Shown piece by piece: positions 18,213 to 26,904 of a DNA stretch of 55,837 bases (its first letter is position 1; every line of letters starts with the position of its first letter). The notes below the pieces were generated by a model. That model worked only from the letters and a program-made list of their open reading frames with translations, was not told the DNA's origin and ran no database searches. The translations under genes and the position numbers were made by a program. The DNA comes from a virus (taxonomy: Duplodnaviria > Caudoviricetes), in IMG/VR virus record IMGVR_UViG_3300035072_000033, positions 1 to 55,837 of that record; one strand, 5' to 3'.

Positions 18213-19070
18213 CTATTTATCGGCTGGCGGCGCGGGGGAAGCCGCCGGCGCGGGTGACGGCATAGGCGCCGCCGTGGCGGGCGGGGCCGGATTGGCCAAA
18301 TGATTTCTGTAGGCTTCCTCGGCCAACCGCCGACGCTCGGCGTCGCTGTGAAGCGGGACCAGTGGGCGCTCGTAAAGCTTGTTTGCGATATGGGCCTTTT
18401 CGGAAACGGTCCGGGCCCGCTTCATCGCCGCGTAGGCGGCGGATTCGCGGCCGTGCATTTCGTTCCAGATATGATCGACCTGAGCCTGCATGCTTGGCGA
18501 GGCGAGCCCCGCCTTGCGCTTGCCTTCCCACTGCGCCGCGCCCCAGGCGGCGTCGCCGCTGTCGCCGCCGGTCCGCGGGTTCAGCACGATCGGATGCCCC
18601 GGCAACTGGTTGCCGCCGCTCTCGTGCATCAGATTGCCGGCGATCGCCGCGGCGTCTTCCGGCGAGAAGCCCTTGCGAACCAGCGCATGGACGAATTCCT
18701 GATGCGGCACGACGCCGCGCCGGTCCATATGCGGCGCCCAGTTCGCGCCGGCGTTTGGATCGACCGGGGCCTCCGCCCTGTGCCCGAGCCGCGCGCGGGG
18801 CCGCAGGTAATGCTCTTTCGGCGCGGGCTTCGGCTTGTCGCCTCTGTGGCCAAGGCGCGCATGCGGATTGTGAAACACCTGCCGCTCCTCGCCGCGATGG
18901 CCGAGCGCGACGCGGCCATGACCCGAATGCGGCGCCGAGGGCGAAAGGTTCATGCCATCGTCCAACGGCGAGATCGGCTGGTCGGGCGCTTCATAGGACG
19001 CTTGACGCGCGCCCCCGCCGGCTATCTCCGGCCCAAATACCAGCCGCGACGTCAGGGTGATCGACCTCAT
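18213..19070 (-). CDS. Tail-tip lysozyme (phage lysozyme 2-like) with low-complexity N-terminus
   Basis: AAAIAGNLMHESG, WGAAQW.G.R, YERP; ATGA-coupled to the tape measure gene. Confidence 0.8.
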   Translation of the reverse strand: MRSITLTSRLVFGPEIAGGGARQASYEAPDQPISPLDDGMNLSPSAPHSGHGRVALGHRGEERQVFHNPHARLGHRGDKPKPAPKEHYLRPRARLGHRAEAPVDPNAGANWAPHMDRRGVVPHQEFVHALVRKGFSPEDAAAIAGNLMHESGGNQLPGHPIVLNPRTGGDSGDAAWGAAQWEGKRKAGLASPSMQAQVDHIWNEMHGRESAAYAAMKRARTVSEKAHIANKLYERPLVPLHSDAERRRLAEEAYRNHLANPAPPATAAPMPSPAPAASPAPPADK

Positions 19071-21100
19071 TGCGTCGGGGCCATCGTCGTGCCGGTGTCG
19101 TCGCGCAGATTGCCGCTGGCGCGGATGAATTGCGCGACCTTCCTGACCACCGAGTCGCTGTCGGCGGAGACCTCGATCTTCAGGTCGATCCCGGCCGAGC
19201 CTTCGAGCTTGACCGGCGTCGGCGAGCCGCCGGGCCCGAAACCGAACGACGATAGCCCCGGCGAAACGCCGCCAATGCCGGCGCGTTTCAGCTGACTGCC
19301 CGGCGACCAGCGGCCCCAGCCGGCCCAGTGATCGAAATTATCGCCCATGCGCTCGGCCCAGTTGCTGGGCGGCGACTCGCCATCCATGGCGTTGTAATTC
19401 TTGTAGGCCTCGTAGCCGACATATCCGAGCCCGGCGAGGCCAAGTCCCTTGCCCAACAGCCCCATGCGGCCAAGCGCGCCGCCGCCGAGGCCGCTGATCG
19501 CCGCCGCCGAGGCGGGATTGCCGGCCATGGTCTGCACCATCGCGGCGGTCTTCAGCGCCGTTTCGAAGCCGACAACGGCGGTCGCCGCCGCGCCGAGGCC
19601 CGTCACGAAGCGCAGCGTCGAATCGCCGCCCTCGACCATCGCCTGAATGAGCTTGCCCTCCGCGTCGGTCAGCGGCGTCATCCAGCCTTCGTTGGCGCGG
19701 CCAAGCGCGGTGAGAAAATTCATCTTCGCGCCCGCGAGCCGCGATTCGGCGCCGGCGAAGCCGCCCATGCGCTCGGCGCCAATGCCACTGGCGAAGCCGG
19801 CCGGCGTATGCGCCAGCGTATCGCGGAAGCTCAGGAACTCCGCGAGGCCGCGCTGCGACATGGTTTGGAAACGGCCGCCCTGCTGCTTGGTGAAGATCGT
19901 ATTGGCCTGCGCCGCGGAAGGGTTGGCTGAGATGATGTCGCGCAGCAGCCTTTCTGTGTCGACGCTCTCTATCGACGCTTTCCAGAAATCGCCGACCACC
20001 TTGGCGATGGTGTGCGCGTCCTGCGCCTTCAACGCGCCCTTCTTGTTCTTGTCGAACGACTCGCCGATGATCGGCGTGATTTCGCGCGTGAAGTCGTCGC
20101 GATTGCCGGCGATATCGGGGTTCTCCAAAATCTCGGCGATGCGCGCCTTCTGCGAGTCGCTGAGCCCCTTGCCCATCTCTCTCTGCGTCGCGAGGCCGAG
20201 ATTATCGGCGCTCATGCCGCCGGGCATCGTCGTGTATTTGTTGAAATCGATGCCGAGCGCCGACAAGGCCATCAAAGCCTTCTTGGTCGGACTGACCAGC
20301 GAGCCCGAAATCGAGCGAATGGCCACGCCGGCCTCGTCGCCGGTGATGCCGCCGCGCGACATCATCGCCCCCATGGCGCCCATGGTCTCGATCGACAGGC
20401 CGGCGGCGTGCGCCGCCGCGCCGCCAAACTTGAACAGCATCTGAATGCCCTCGGCGGACAGACCGCCGATCTTCGCCGTCTTGACCATCAGGTCGGTGAC
20501 GCGCTGGCCGTTCTTCAAGGCGTCCGCCGCCGTCTCCATGTTCTGGCCGGTCGAAAACAGCGCGCTTTCGAGCACCTTGGCCGATGTCGGCAGATCAATG
20601 CCCATCGCCTGGCCGAAGTCGGCGGCGAATTTGGTGATCGGCTGGATGAGGTCGGTCTTGATGCCGCGTTGCGCCAGGCTCAATTGCGCGTCGAGCACCT
20701 GCAAATCGTTGAACTTGGTCGTCGCGCCCATATGGATCGCCTGGTCGATCAAGGGCTGCTGCGTCTTCTTGTCGATGCCGAGAATGGCGCGCTGATAGCG
20801 CACCAGGTCGTCGTATTCCTTGTAGGTTTCCGCCGTCCGCCGCGCCAGTTCGGAAACCTTGTCGATGCCTCGCTCCGCCGCGATGAGCGCCGCCGCGCCG
20901 ACCGCCGCGCCGGCCGCCGTCATCGCGCCCTGGCGCTGCATCGTGCCGTTGAGATTGGAATTGACGGCGTTGACCCGGCCATTGGCGCGCTGCGTAGCGC
21001 CCTCCATGGCCTTGAGCTTTTGCGCCACCTGGGCGAATGTCGCCCCGGTCTGGTCCTGGGCCGAAATGATCGCCTTGGTTTCGATCGTCTTGACGGCCAT
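19067..21100 (-). CDS. Tail tape measure protein
   Basis: ISAQDQT start, TP901-like core, Ala/Gly-rich, follows the chaperone gene. Confidence 0.9.
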   Translation of the reverse strand: MAVKTIETKAIISAQDQTGATFAQVAQKLKAMEGATQRANGRVNAVNSNLNGTMQRQGAMTAAGAAVGAAALIAAERGIDKVSELARRTAETYKEYDDLVRYQRAILGIDKKTQQPLIDQAIHMGATTKFNDLQVLDAQLSLAQRGIKTDLIQPITKFAADFGQAMGIDLPTSAKVLESALFSTGQNMETAADALKNGQRVTDLMVKTAKIGGLSAEGIQMLFKFGGAAAHAAGLSIETMGAMGAMMSRGGITGDEAGVAIRSISGSLVSPTKKALMALSALGIDFNKYTTMPGGMSADNLGLATQREMGKGLSDSQKARIAEILENPDIAGNRDDFTREITPIIGESFDKNKKGALKAQDAHTIAKVVGDFWKASIESVDTERLLRDIISANPSAAQANTIFTKQQGGRFQTMSQRGLAEFLSFRDTLAHTPAGFASGIGAERMGGFAGAESRLAGAKMNFLTALGRANEGWMTPLTDAEGKLIQAMVEGGDSTLRFVTGLGAAATAVVGFETALKTAAMVQTMAGNPASAAAISGLGGGALGRMGLLGKGLGLAGLGYVGYEAYKNYNAMDGESPPSNWAERMGDNFDHWAGWGRWSPGSQLKRAGIGGVSPGLSSFGFGPGGSPTPVKLEGSAGIDLKIEVSADSDSVVRKVAQFIRASGNLRDDTGTTMAPTQ

Positions 21101-21274
21101 TTACTTGTCTTCCCGATCCTTCTGAAACGCGAAAAATTGCTCCGCCCAGAAATTCAAACAACCAAACGTCATATCCTCGACGGTTCGAATGTCCTGTCCT
21201 CGCTCGAAGACGAGGTATCGGGCGAACCTGTGGAGCGCGTCGACGCCGATCTGGTTCGCGCCTCGATAAAAAAA
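21101..21274 (-). CDS. -1 frameshift extension of the tail assembly chaperone (G-T / E+E' type)
   Basis: T TTT TTT slippery site at 21268-21274; -1 frame open to a TAA abutting the tape measure ATG. Confidence 0.75.
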   Translation of the reverse strand, partial: FFYRGANQIGVDALHRFARYLVFERGQDIRTVEDMTFGCLNFWAEQFFAFQKDREDK

Positions 21275-21546
21275 TCATTCACGGTGTCCCGCAACGCGAT
21301 CGTGTCGGCGAGGCAAAGCCGCTCCATGAAGTTCGGATCGCAATCGGCCAGACGCTCGACCCAGACGCGTATCGCGCTCGGCGTCTCCTGCTGAAAGCCG
21401 CCGCCATTCTCCAGCCGCACGTAGATGACCGGGAGATCGAGCTCCATGTAGTCGCGATATTTTGGCTCGCGCAGCGTGATCGCGCTGATCTGCTTGCCGC
21501 CCGGTCCCTTGATCGGCTCGAGCAGCTCTATCGTTTTACTGGACAT
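21169..21546 (-). CDS. Tail assembly chaperone (Mu gp41-like)
   Basis: IELLEPI...ITLREP..RD; between tube and tape measure genes. Confidence 0.85.
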   Translation of the reverse strand: MSSKTIELLEPIKGPGGKQISAITLREPKYRDYMELDLPVIYVRLENGGGFQQETPSAIRVWVERLADCDPNFMERLCLADTIALRDTVNDFFIEARTRSASTRSTGSPDTSSSSEDRTFEPSRI

Positions 21547-21553
21547 TCAACCC

Positions 21554-21949
21554 TCACGTCGTCGATTGCACGTAGTTCGAATCGTCGGTCATGATCGACA
21601 GGCCGGAAACCTCGCCGGTCTCGGTGTCGATCTTCGGCTGGCCGACGATGGTCGCGTTGGAGAAGGTGTGCAGCACGCCGGTGTCGATCTCGGCGATCGT
21701 CACATTGACGAATTGCAGCATGAAGGCGGTGTTCCACTTCGGACGCGCGGTGTTGGCGCTGGCGTTGCCGCGATCGAAGGTCAGCTCGGCGCCGACCGGC
21801 TTGGCGTTGGTGGTGCGGACCACCGTGCCGTCGTGATTGGCGACGGCGCTGTTGGCGACGCCGGAACTGTCGATCACCGCCTTGCCGCGCGGGCTGTAGC
21901 GCGCGCCGCCGAGGGTGATGGTGATTCTACCGCCCGCTTGATAGGCCAT
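21554..21949 (-). CDS. Tail tube protein
   Basis: Directly after sheath; GGRITI...TGEVSGL. Confidence 0.85.
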   Translation of the reverse strand: MAYQAGGRITITLGGARYSPRGKAVIDSSGVANSAVANHDGTVVRTTNAKPVGAELTFDRGNASANTARPKWNTAFMLQFVNVTIAEIDTGVLHTFSNATIVGQPKIDTETGEVSGLSIMTDDSNYVQSTT

Positions 21950-21986
21950 GGCTTAGATCCTGTGCGCGAGGTTGAGCAAGCCGGGA

Positions 21987-23501
21987 TTAAAGGCCTTGCG
22001 GGTTGAGGAAGGTCGTGGCGTTGACCGCCATGACGCGCAGCTGATTGACCGGCTGGAACGGCAGATAGGCGTCGAGCCGGTTGGGATCGGCGTCCCAGTT
22101 GACGATGATGGCGCCGGCGAACTGCGTCGGGTTCTGCATGACGCCGGCCTGGCACAGCGACGTATACCAATGGATGAAGGACGCCTTGACGTCGGTCGGC
22201 GTCGCGACGCCCTGGTTGGCGGCGGGATTGTCGGCGGCCAGCGCGCTGCGCGGATAGGTCGCGGTGAATTGCTGCTTGATGTAGCGCAGCGCGTAGGCGA
22301 CCTGGTAGCGGGTGTCGATGTCGAGCCAGGTGGTGTCCGGGCTACCCCAGGCGTTGAGCTGATAGGTGGTGATCAGCCGGTCGATCGCGACGCCGCCGCC
22401 GGGCGCGACGGTGAAGGCCGATATGCCGTCGTAATAGAGCGTCTGCCGCTCCTGATCGGTCCAGTAATTGGCCTTCGACGCCGGCGGCAGCACGCCGAGC
22501 AGCTGCAAGGTCTGCATCGGGCGGGAGATTTCGACCGCGTTGGTCAGCGTCGCGCCGAGGTTCTTGTGCAGCTGCGCCTGCGCGCCGATCGCGCTGGCCC
22601 AGACCCAGGGCGGCGTCGGCGACGACAGCACGCCCATGATCGAGACATTATCGTCGTTGCGGGCGGTTCCGAGCGTGGTCAGCGCCGACTGAGTGCCGAA
22701 TTGCACGCAAAAGGCCGTGCCGTAAATATCGAACATCGGGTCCCAGCGACCGCCGGAATCGGCGAGGAAGGACTGCAAGGCGTTCAGCGTCGTCGTGTCG
22801 GCCCAGGGGCAGGCGATCATGTCGAACGGCGCCGCGCCGAGCGCCGCGAGACCGGAGGTCAGCGTGGGGATTCCCGTGCCGCTGGTCATCGGAGTGATCG
22901 CGATATTGGCCGCGTTTGGCCCCTCGTTGCCGATCAGGTTGTTGTCGAGCTCGATGTTGTTGCCGAGCACGCCGACGTGATTGGCGGTGATCGTAACGAC
23001 GCCGAGCGAGGAGGTCGCGACGACCGGGAATTTGAGCGAGGCGCCCTGCAGATTGACATAGCCGGCGTTGATCGCCGCCGCCAGCGCCGTGGCGATCGTC
23101 GTCGGCGTGTCGGTCGAGCCGACCGACACGGCGATCTGGATGCCGCAAATATAGACGATCGCCACGCCGGGCGTCAGCGTGCCGGAGACGGTGATCGCGC
23201 CGGCCGCCTTGGAGCCGGACGGATCGGCCAGCGGCAGCGCCCAGAATTCGCCCAGCGGATTGTTGAGCGCGGCGTTGAGGATCATGTCGACCAACATCGA
23301 GCCGGCGCCGAACAGCGTGGCGATGTTGTTCAGCTGGATCTGCGTCGGCACGTTGGCCGTCGCCGTGCCGCTGGAGAGCATTTGCCCGAGCAGCAGCAGC
23401 TTGCTGTTGCCGGCGAAATAGGAGACGCCGCTGTTGACCTCGGCGCGAAAGCCGGGGACGCGCAGATTGGTCGGCATGCGGTTGAAGCCAACGGAGGCCA
23501 T
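21987..23501 (-). CDS. Tail sheath protein (Mu gpL family)
   Basis: LRVPG, LLLGQ, FGAGSML, ITTYQ.N, DPNRLD. Confidence 0.95.
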   Translation of the reverse strand: MASVGFNRMPTNLRVPGFRAEVNSGVSYFAGNSKLLLLGQMLSSGTATANVPTQIQLNNIATLFGAGSMLVDMILNAALNNPLGEFWALPLADPSGSKAAGAITVSGTLTPGVAIVYICGIQIAVSVGSTDTPTTIATALAAAINAGYVNLQGASLKFPVVATSSLGVVTITANHVGVLGNNIELDNNLIGNEGPNAANIAITPMTSGTGIPTLTSGLAALGAAPFDMIACPWADTTTLNALQSFLADSGGRWDPMFDIYGTAFCVQFGTQSALTTLGTARNDDNVSIMGVLSSPTPPWVWASAIGAQAQLHKNLGATLTNAVEISRPMQTLQLLGVLPPASKANYWTDQERQTLYYDGISAFTVAPGGGVAIDRLITTYQLNAWGSPDTTWLDIDTRYQVAYALRYIKQQFTATYPRSALAADNPAANQGVATPTDVKASFIHWYTSLCQAGVMQNPTQFAGAIIVNWDADPNRLDAYLPFQPVNQLRVMAVNATTFLNPQGL

Positions 23502-23540
23502 GGGCGAAAATCCTTAAAGCGAGGGCGCGAGAGAGGGCGA

Positions 23541-23735
23541 TCAGGCGGCCGCTGGGGCCTCGGGTGCCGGCTCGGGCGGCGTGGCCTCGATCACGTCGCC
23601 GTGCAGAATGCGGCGCCGCCAATACATGTTGTCGGGCACAAAATCGCCACCCTGCGGCAGCGGCGTGAATTCGCGATGCGGGCGGCGCACGAGAGCGCCG
23701 TCGACGGCGGGCTTGACGAAGATTTGGCCGGTCAT
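23541..23735 (-). CDS. DUF2635 / Mu gp38-like protein
   Basis: FVKPA..G..VR.P...LP..G..V....YW.RR...GDV. Confidence 0.85.
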   Translation of the reverse strand: MTGQIFVKPAVDGALVRRPHREFTPLPQGGDFVPDNMYWRRRILHGDVIEATPPEPAPEAPAAA

Positions 23736-24841
23736 GATTGCGGTGACTCCCAGTCGTCGACGCGCGGGGCGTTGGCAGGCGTTCCGGGCGCGGAGCTGTT
23801 GGCGGGGGCGGGCAGGGTGACGTTCACGTCCTTGAACGGCGGCGGCGAGGTTCCGGCGAGGGCGGCGGCCATGGCGGTCGCCTTTTCCTTTTCGGGGCCG
23901 GGCGGCCATGCGGCGGCGATGGCGGCGAACGGTTGCGGCAAACGATTGAGCCCCGTCAGGCCGGAGGTCGTGATCGGGATTTCGTTGTCGTCGATCTCGA
24001 TCTTGTAGATCACGTAGCGCGTCGCCAGCTTGTCGCCGCCCTTGGGATCGGTGAAGCGGATCGACTGCTTGTGGCGCGAGAATTTCGCCGCCTTGCGGAA
24101 CAGCGCCGAATTTGGCGCGTTGGAGCGAAACAGCGCCAGCTCGGCCTGCGTCTCGATCAGATCGAGCGAGGCCTCGAGCTCGTCGTCGGTCTCCGGCGTG
24201 AACAGCTGAAACGAGCCGTTGCTCTGCACCGGGCCGATCACCTGCATCGAGATTTCGAGCACCAGCTCGACCTCGGCGACGAACGGCGGCCCGTCCATCT
24301 TGTCGAGCGCCTCGCCGGAATCCTGCTCGGTGTAGACGGCGATCGCGCCGGCGATATTGGGCTCGACGGTGATCGCGAAATTATCGCCGCCGATGAAAGC
24401 CGCGTCGCCGGCGGCGACGGTGAAGGAAATCTGCGTCACGAACGCCTCGCCGACCACGCCGGAACCGACCAGCGCGTTGTGTGGATCGGTGACGTTGAAT
24501 TGCGTCGGCGACGTGAAGGTGACGAGATAGCCGCCAAGCTGCGCGCCGGCCAGCATCGGCGCCGTGGGGTCCAGGATCAGCGAACCGTTGCCGATATTGG
24601 CCACCGCCGCCGCCGCCCAAAGGGCGACCCATGACGCGTTCCACGCCGAAAAACTCGGCGCCGCCCATGCGTCGCTAATCCGCCCCGCCGCCGCGACAAC
24701 CTGACCCGGACCAAGCGGCGAATTGGCCGCGAAATTCACCGCGTCGATGCGGCTGTCGAACACGTTCTGCCCGGCGATCGTCGTGCCGCGCAGCGCGGCG
24801 ACGGCGGAAAGGCGCAGACAGGCGCGCGAAAGGGCGCTCAT
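23732..24841 (-). CDS. Tail completion/terminator-like protein with internal inserted domain
   Basis: LR..AV.AL...T.AG..VFDSR..., AVYTE.D, ELEASLDL.E; just upstream of gp38 and sheath. Confidence 0.7.
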   Translation of the reverse strand: MSALSRACLRLSAVAALRGTTIAGQNVFDSRIDAVNFAANSPLGPGQVVAAAGRISDAWAAPSFSAWNASWVALWAAAAVANIGNGSLILDPTAPMLAGAQLGGYLVTFTSPTQFNVTDPHNALVGSGVVGEAFVTQISFTVAAGDAAFIGGDNFAITVEPNIAGAIAVYTEQDSGEALDKMDGPPFVAEVELVLEISMQVIGPVQSNGSFQLFTPETDDELEASLDLIETQAELALFRSNAPNSALFRKAAKFSRHKQSIRFTDPKGGDKLATRYVIYKIEIDDNEIPITTSGLTGLNRLPQPFAAIAAAWPPGPEKEKATAMAAALAGTSPPPFKDVNVTLPAPANSSAPGTPANAPRVDDWESPQS

Positions 24842-25248
24842 GTGGAGACGCCGAGCCGCACGACGCGAAAGGTCACATGATCGAACTCCGTCGCTTCAAC
24901 GGCGGAGATTTCGAAGATGACGCCATCGGCCACGCGCATCATGCGGTCCTTGTTACGCAGGGCGTAGGGCGTCGCGGCCTTGGCGATTTCGATGAGCGAG
25001 GCGGTCGTCGCATGTTCGGCGACCATATTCGTCACATTGGAGCCGCCGCGCCGCCCGCGGGGCTCATCAAGCGCGACATTTTGGGTCAGGATCGCCGTCA
25101 CGCCGAGAACCGCGGAACGCGATGAATCTGCGATCCATTTTCCGCCGATAAGCGCCATCGGCTGGACGTTGAAGCCGACGATGTCGCCGAACACGGCGTC
25201 GAGCGTCGTGGCCGCCACAGCGGCGTAATTGTAGAAATTCGTCGTCAT
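24838..25248 (-). CDS. Head-tail joining / head closure protein (gpFII-like)
   Basis: Position and size; beta-rich C-terminus. Confidence 0.6.
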   Translation of the reverse strand: MTTNFYNYAAVAATTLDAVFGDIVGFNVQPMALIGGKWIADSSRSAVLGVTAILTQNVALDEPRGRRGGSNVTNMVAEHATTASLIEIAKAATPYALRNKDRMMRVADGVIFEISAVEATEFDHVTFRVVRLGVST

Positions 25249-25574
25249 CTGATCAGCACACGAAAGCAGCGGGTGAGATTGGTCCCGTCGGCCAGCGCGA
25301 CCGTGGCGTAGACGGTCGAATAGCAATCCTGATTGCCGCCGGACAGCTGGATCGTCTGGACGAGCCCCGTCGCCCCCTTATCCGCCGCCGACACGCCGCC
25401 CAGGCTGAGCGGGATGTCGTCGCCGTAAAAGTAATCGGCGAGATTTTCGGTGTCGACGGCGACCGAATGCGCCGCTAAAGCGGTCGCGCCGCTCGGCAGC
25501 AGCGTCGTCCAGTCGATCGAGACGTTTTTGACGTCCGACGGGGCCTTCTGGACCGGCGGCCAAGCCTCGATCAC
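25245..25574 (-). CDS. Hypothetical virion protein
   Basis: K.P.D....SIDW...LSGG motif; coupled to neighbours. Confidence 0.65.
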   Translation of the reverse strand: MIEAWPPVQKAPSDVKNVSIDWTTLLPSGATALAAHSVAVDTENLADYFYGDDIPLSLGGVSAADKGATGLVQTIQLSGGNQDCYSTVYATVALADGTNLTRCFRVLIR

Positions 25575-25792
25575 GCGCTGGCGCCCGCGCCCTTGCCGGG
25601 TTCGCGCGCCGGCTTGGCGTAGCCAAACTCAAGCGGCTCCGGGATGCGCTCGCCGACGTTCTTGGGCTGTCCGCTCCCGTGCAACTTGACGAAGCCCTTG
25701 CCGATCAGTTTGTCCGCGATGTGGTCCTTGAATCCCGCGACGTCGCCCTGGCAATAAGGCAGGTCGTTCTTGATGAATTCCACGATTTTCAT
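25571..25792 (-). CDS. Small bL9-N-like protein, paralog of 26905-27135
   Basis: GAGGAG RBS; MKIVEFIKNDLPYCQGDVAGFKDHIADKLIGKG. Confidence 0.75.
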   Translation of the reverse strand: MKIVEFIKNDLPYCQGDVAGFKDHIADKLIGKGFVKLHGSGQPKNVGERIPEPLEFGYAKPAREPGKGAGASA

Positions 25793-26904
25793 GAGACATT
25801 CTCCTCGTTGGCGAGATTGTGGCGAGCGACGGGCTGAGCCCCTACGGTCTTGCCGTCCTCAATGAGTGCTGGCGGCCTCGCGAGCCGGACCAGATCGCCC
25901 TGGGTATTCGGAATGGGAGCGCCTAGCGCCTCTTTGGTGGTCGTCGCCAATGGACGCTAGGCATACCGGCGTCGTTTCCGGCTTTCCGGCCTTCGTTGTC
26001 ACTGGATTAACGCGCCGGCCCGGCGCATCGTCTGGTGAATAAACCCACGGCTGCATTTTCGGCTGCCCGCGACTGGACCCGTGACCACTGAGAATGCGTC
26101 GTCACCGACCATTGCTTCCGAGCGGGCCGGGCGCTAACCGGCTTTCCGCAATTCCCGGTGCTAGGCCTACGCACCGCAGCGCCTGGCGCGCTCCGGATTT
26201 TGCACAGCCGTTGATTTCAGCCGTTGAAGATACGGGGACCATGGCCGCGTGTCTGCTTTCCACGCCGCCGCTCGAAACTTCACTGCTCATCGAGCGAATT
26301 GTCGCGCTTTCGGCCTTCTGTTGAAGCGCCATGCGCGCCGGATTTCGCCTTTCGCCTCCCCCTCCCAAATCCGGGAAATCAAGGGGTGCTATCGCCGGTC
26401 ATTGCTCCCGGCATTTCCATTGCCCATTCGGGCGAATAAGTTGCCGTCTCTCCGGCTGTCACCGCGCTGCCGGGCCTGCAAGGCCTTGCGGTTCACCCAT
26501 CTACGACCCCCGGCTGGAGGAGACCCATAATTTCTCTAGTGGTCTCATTGTCGCTTTACCGCCGCCGATTTCCGCGAGAGCGGTCATCATTGAGCGTAGG
26601 GAGACAAAAGCTCTGTCGAAACTTCGCTCGCGGCCCATTCGCCGCGAGCAGGCGCCATTCCGCGTAGCGCGCGCCTACTCCGAACCCTTTCCGGCAGTCC
26701 CCTCGTGGTCGGGCCGGATTTGCCCCCGGTTCGTTTCGCCCTGGGATTCACAAAAAAGCGCCGGCTTGTCCGATTGCTTCCCTGTCGAAGGCGACCCGAA
26801 AGCGCCCGCTCCTCGTATCGATCGGACCGTGTTTGCGCTGCTGGCCGGCCAGATCAGCGGGAGGCCGAGGGGCTGGGAAAGCTGGGAATCCGTCGATGAG
26901 CGGT
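25793..26904 (-). ncRNA. Candidate large structured non-coding RNA or cluster of structured RNAs
   Basis: ~1.1 kb gap in a tightly packed operon, many hairpins, tRNA-shaped element at 26119-26274. Confidence 0.55.

Noticed and set aside
12019-23735. Transposable Mu-like phage
   Set aside because: Only the tail is Mu-like; there is no transposase, and it has a tyrosine integrase, att sites and a cos-like site
26215-26250. HDV-like ribozyme (GGCCATGGTCCC) or UCA suppressor anticodon (CTTCAA)
   Set aside because: Could not build the nested double pseudoknot, and CTTCAA is not positioned as a canonical anticodon loop
26699-26745. tmRNA- or tRNA-like 3' end (CCGGGGGCAAATCCGGCCCGACCA on minus strand)
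   Set aside because: T-arm geometry imperfect and no matching acceptor 5' strand or tag reading frame found
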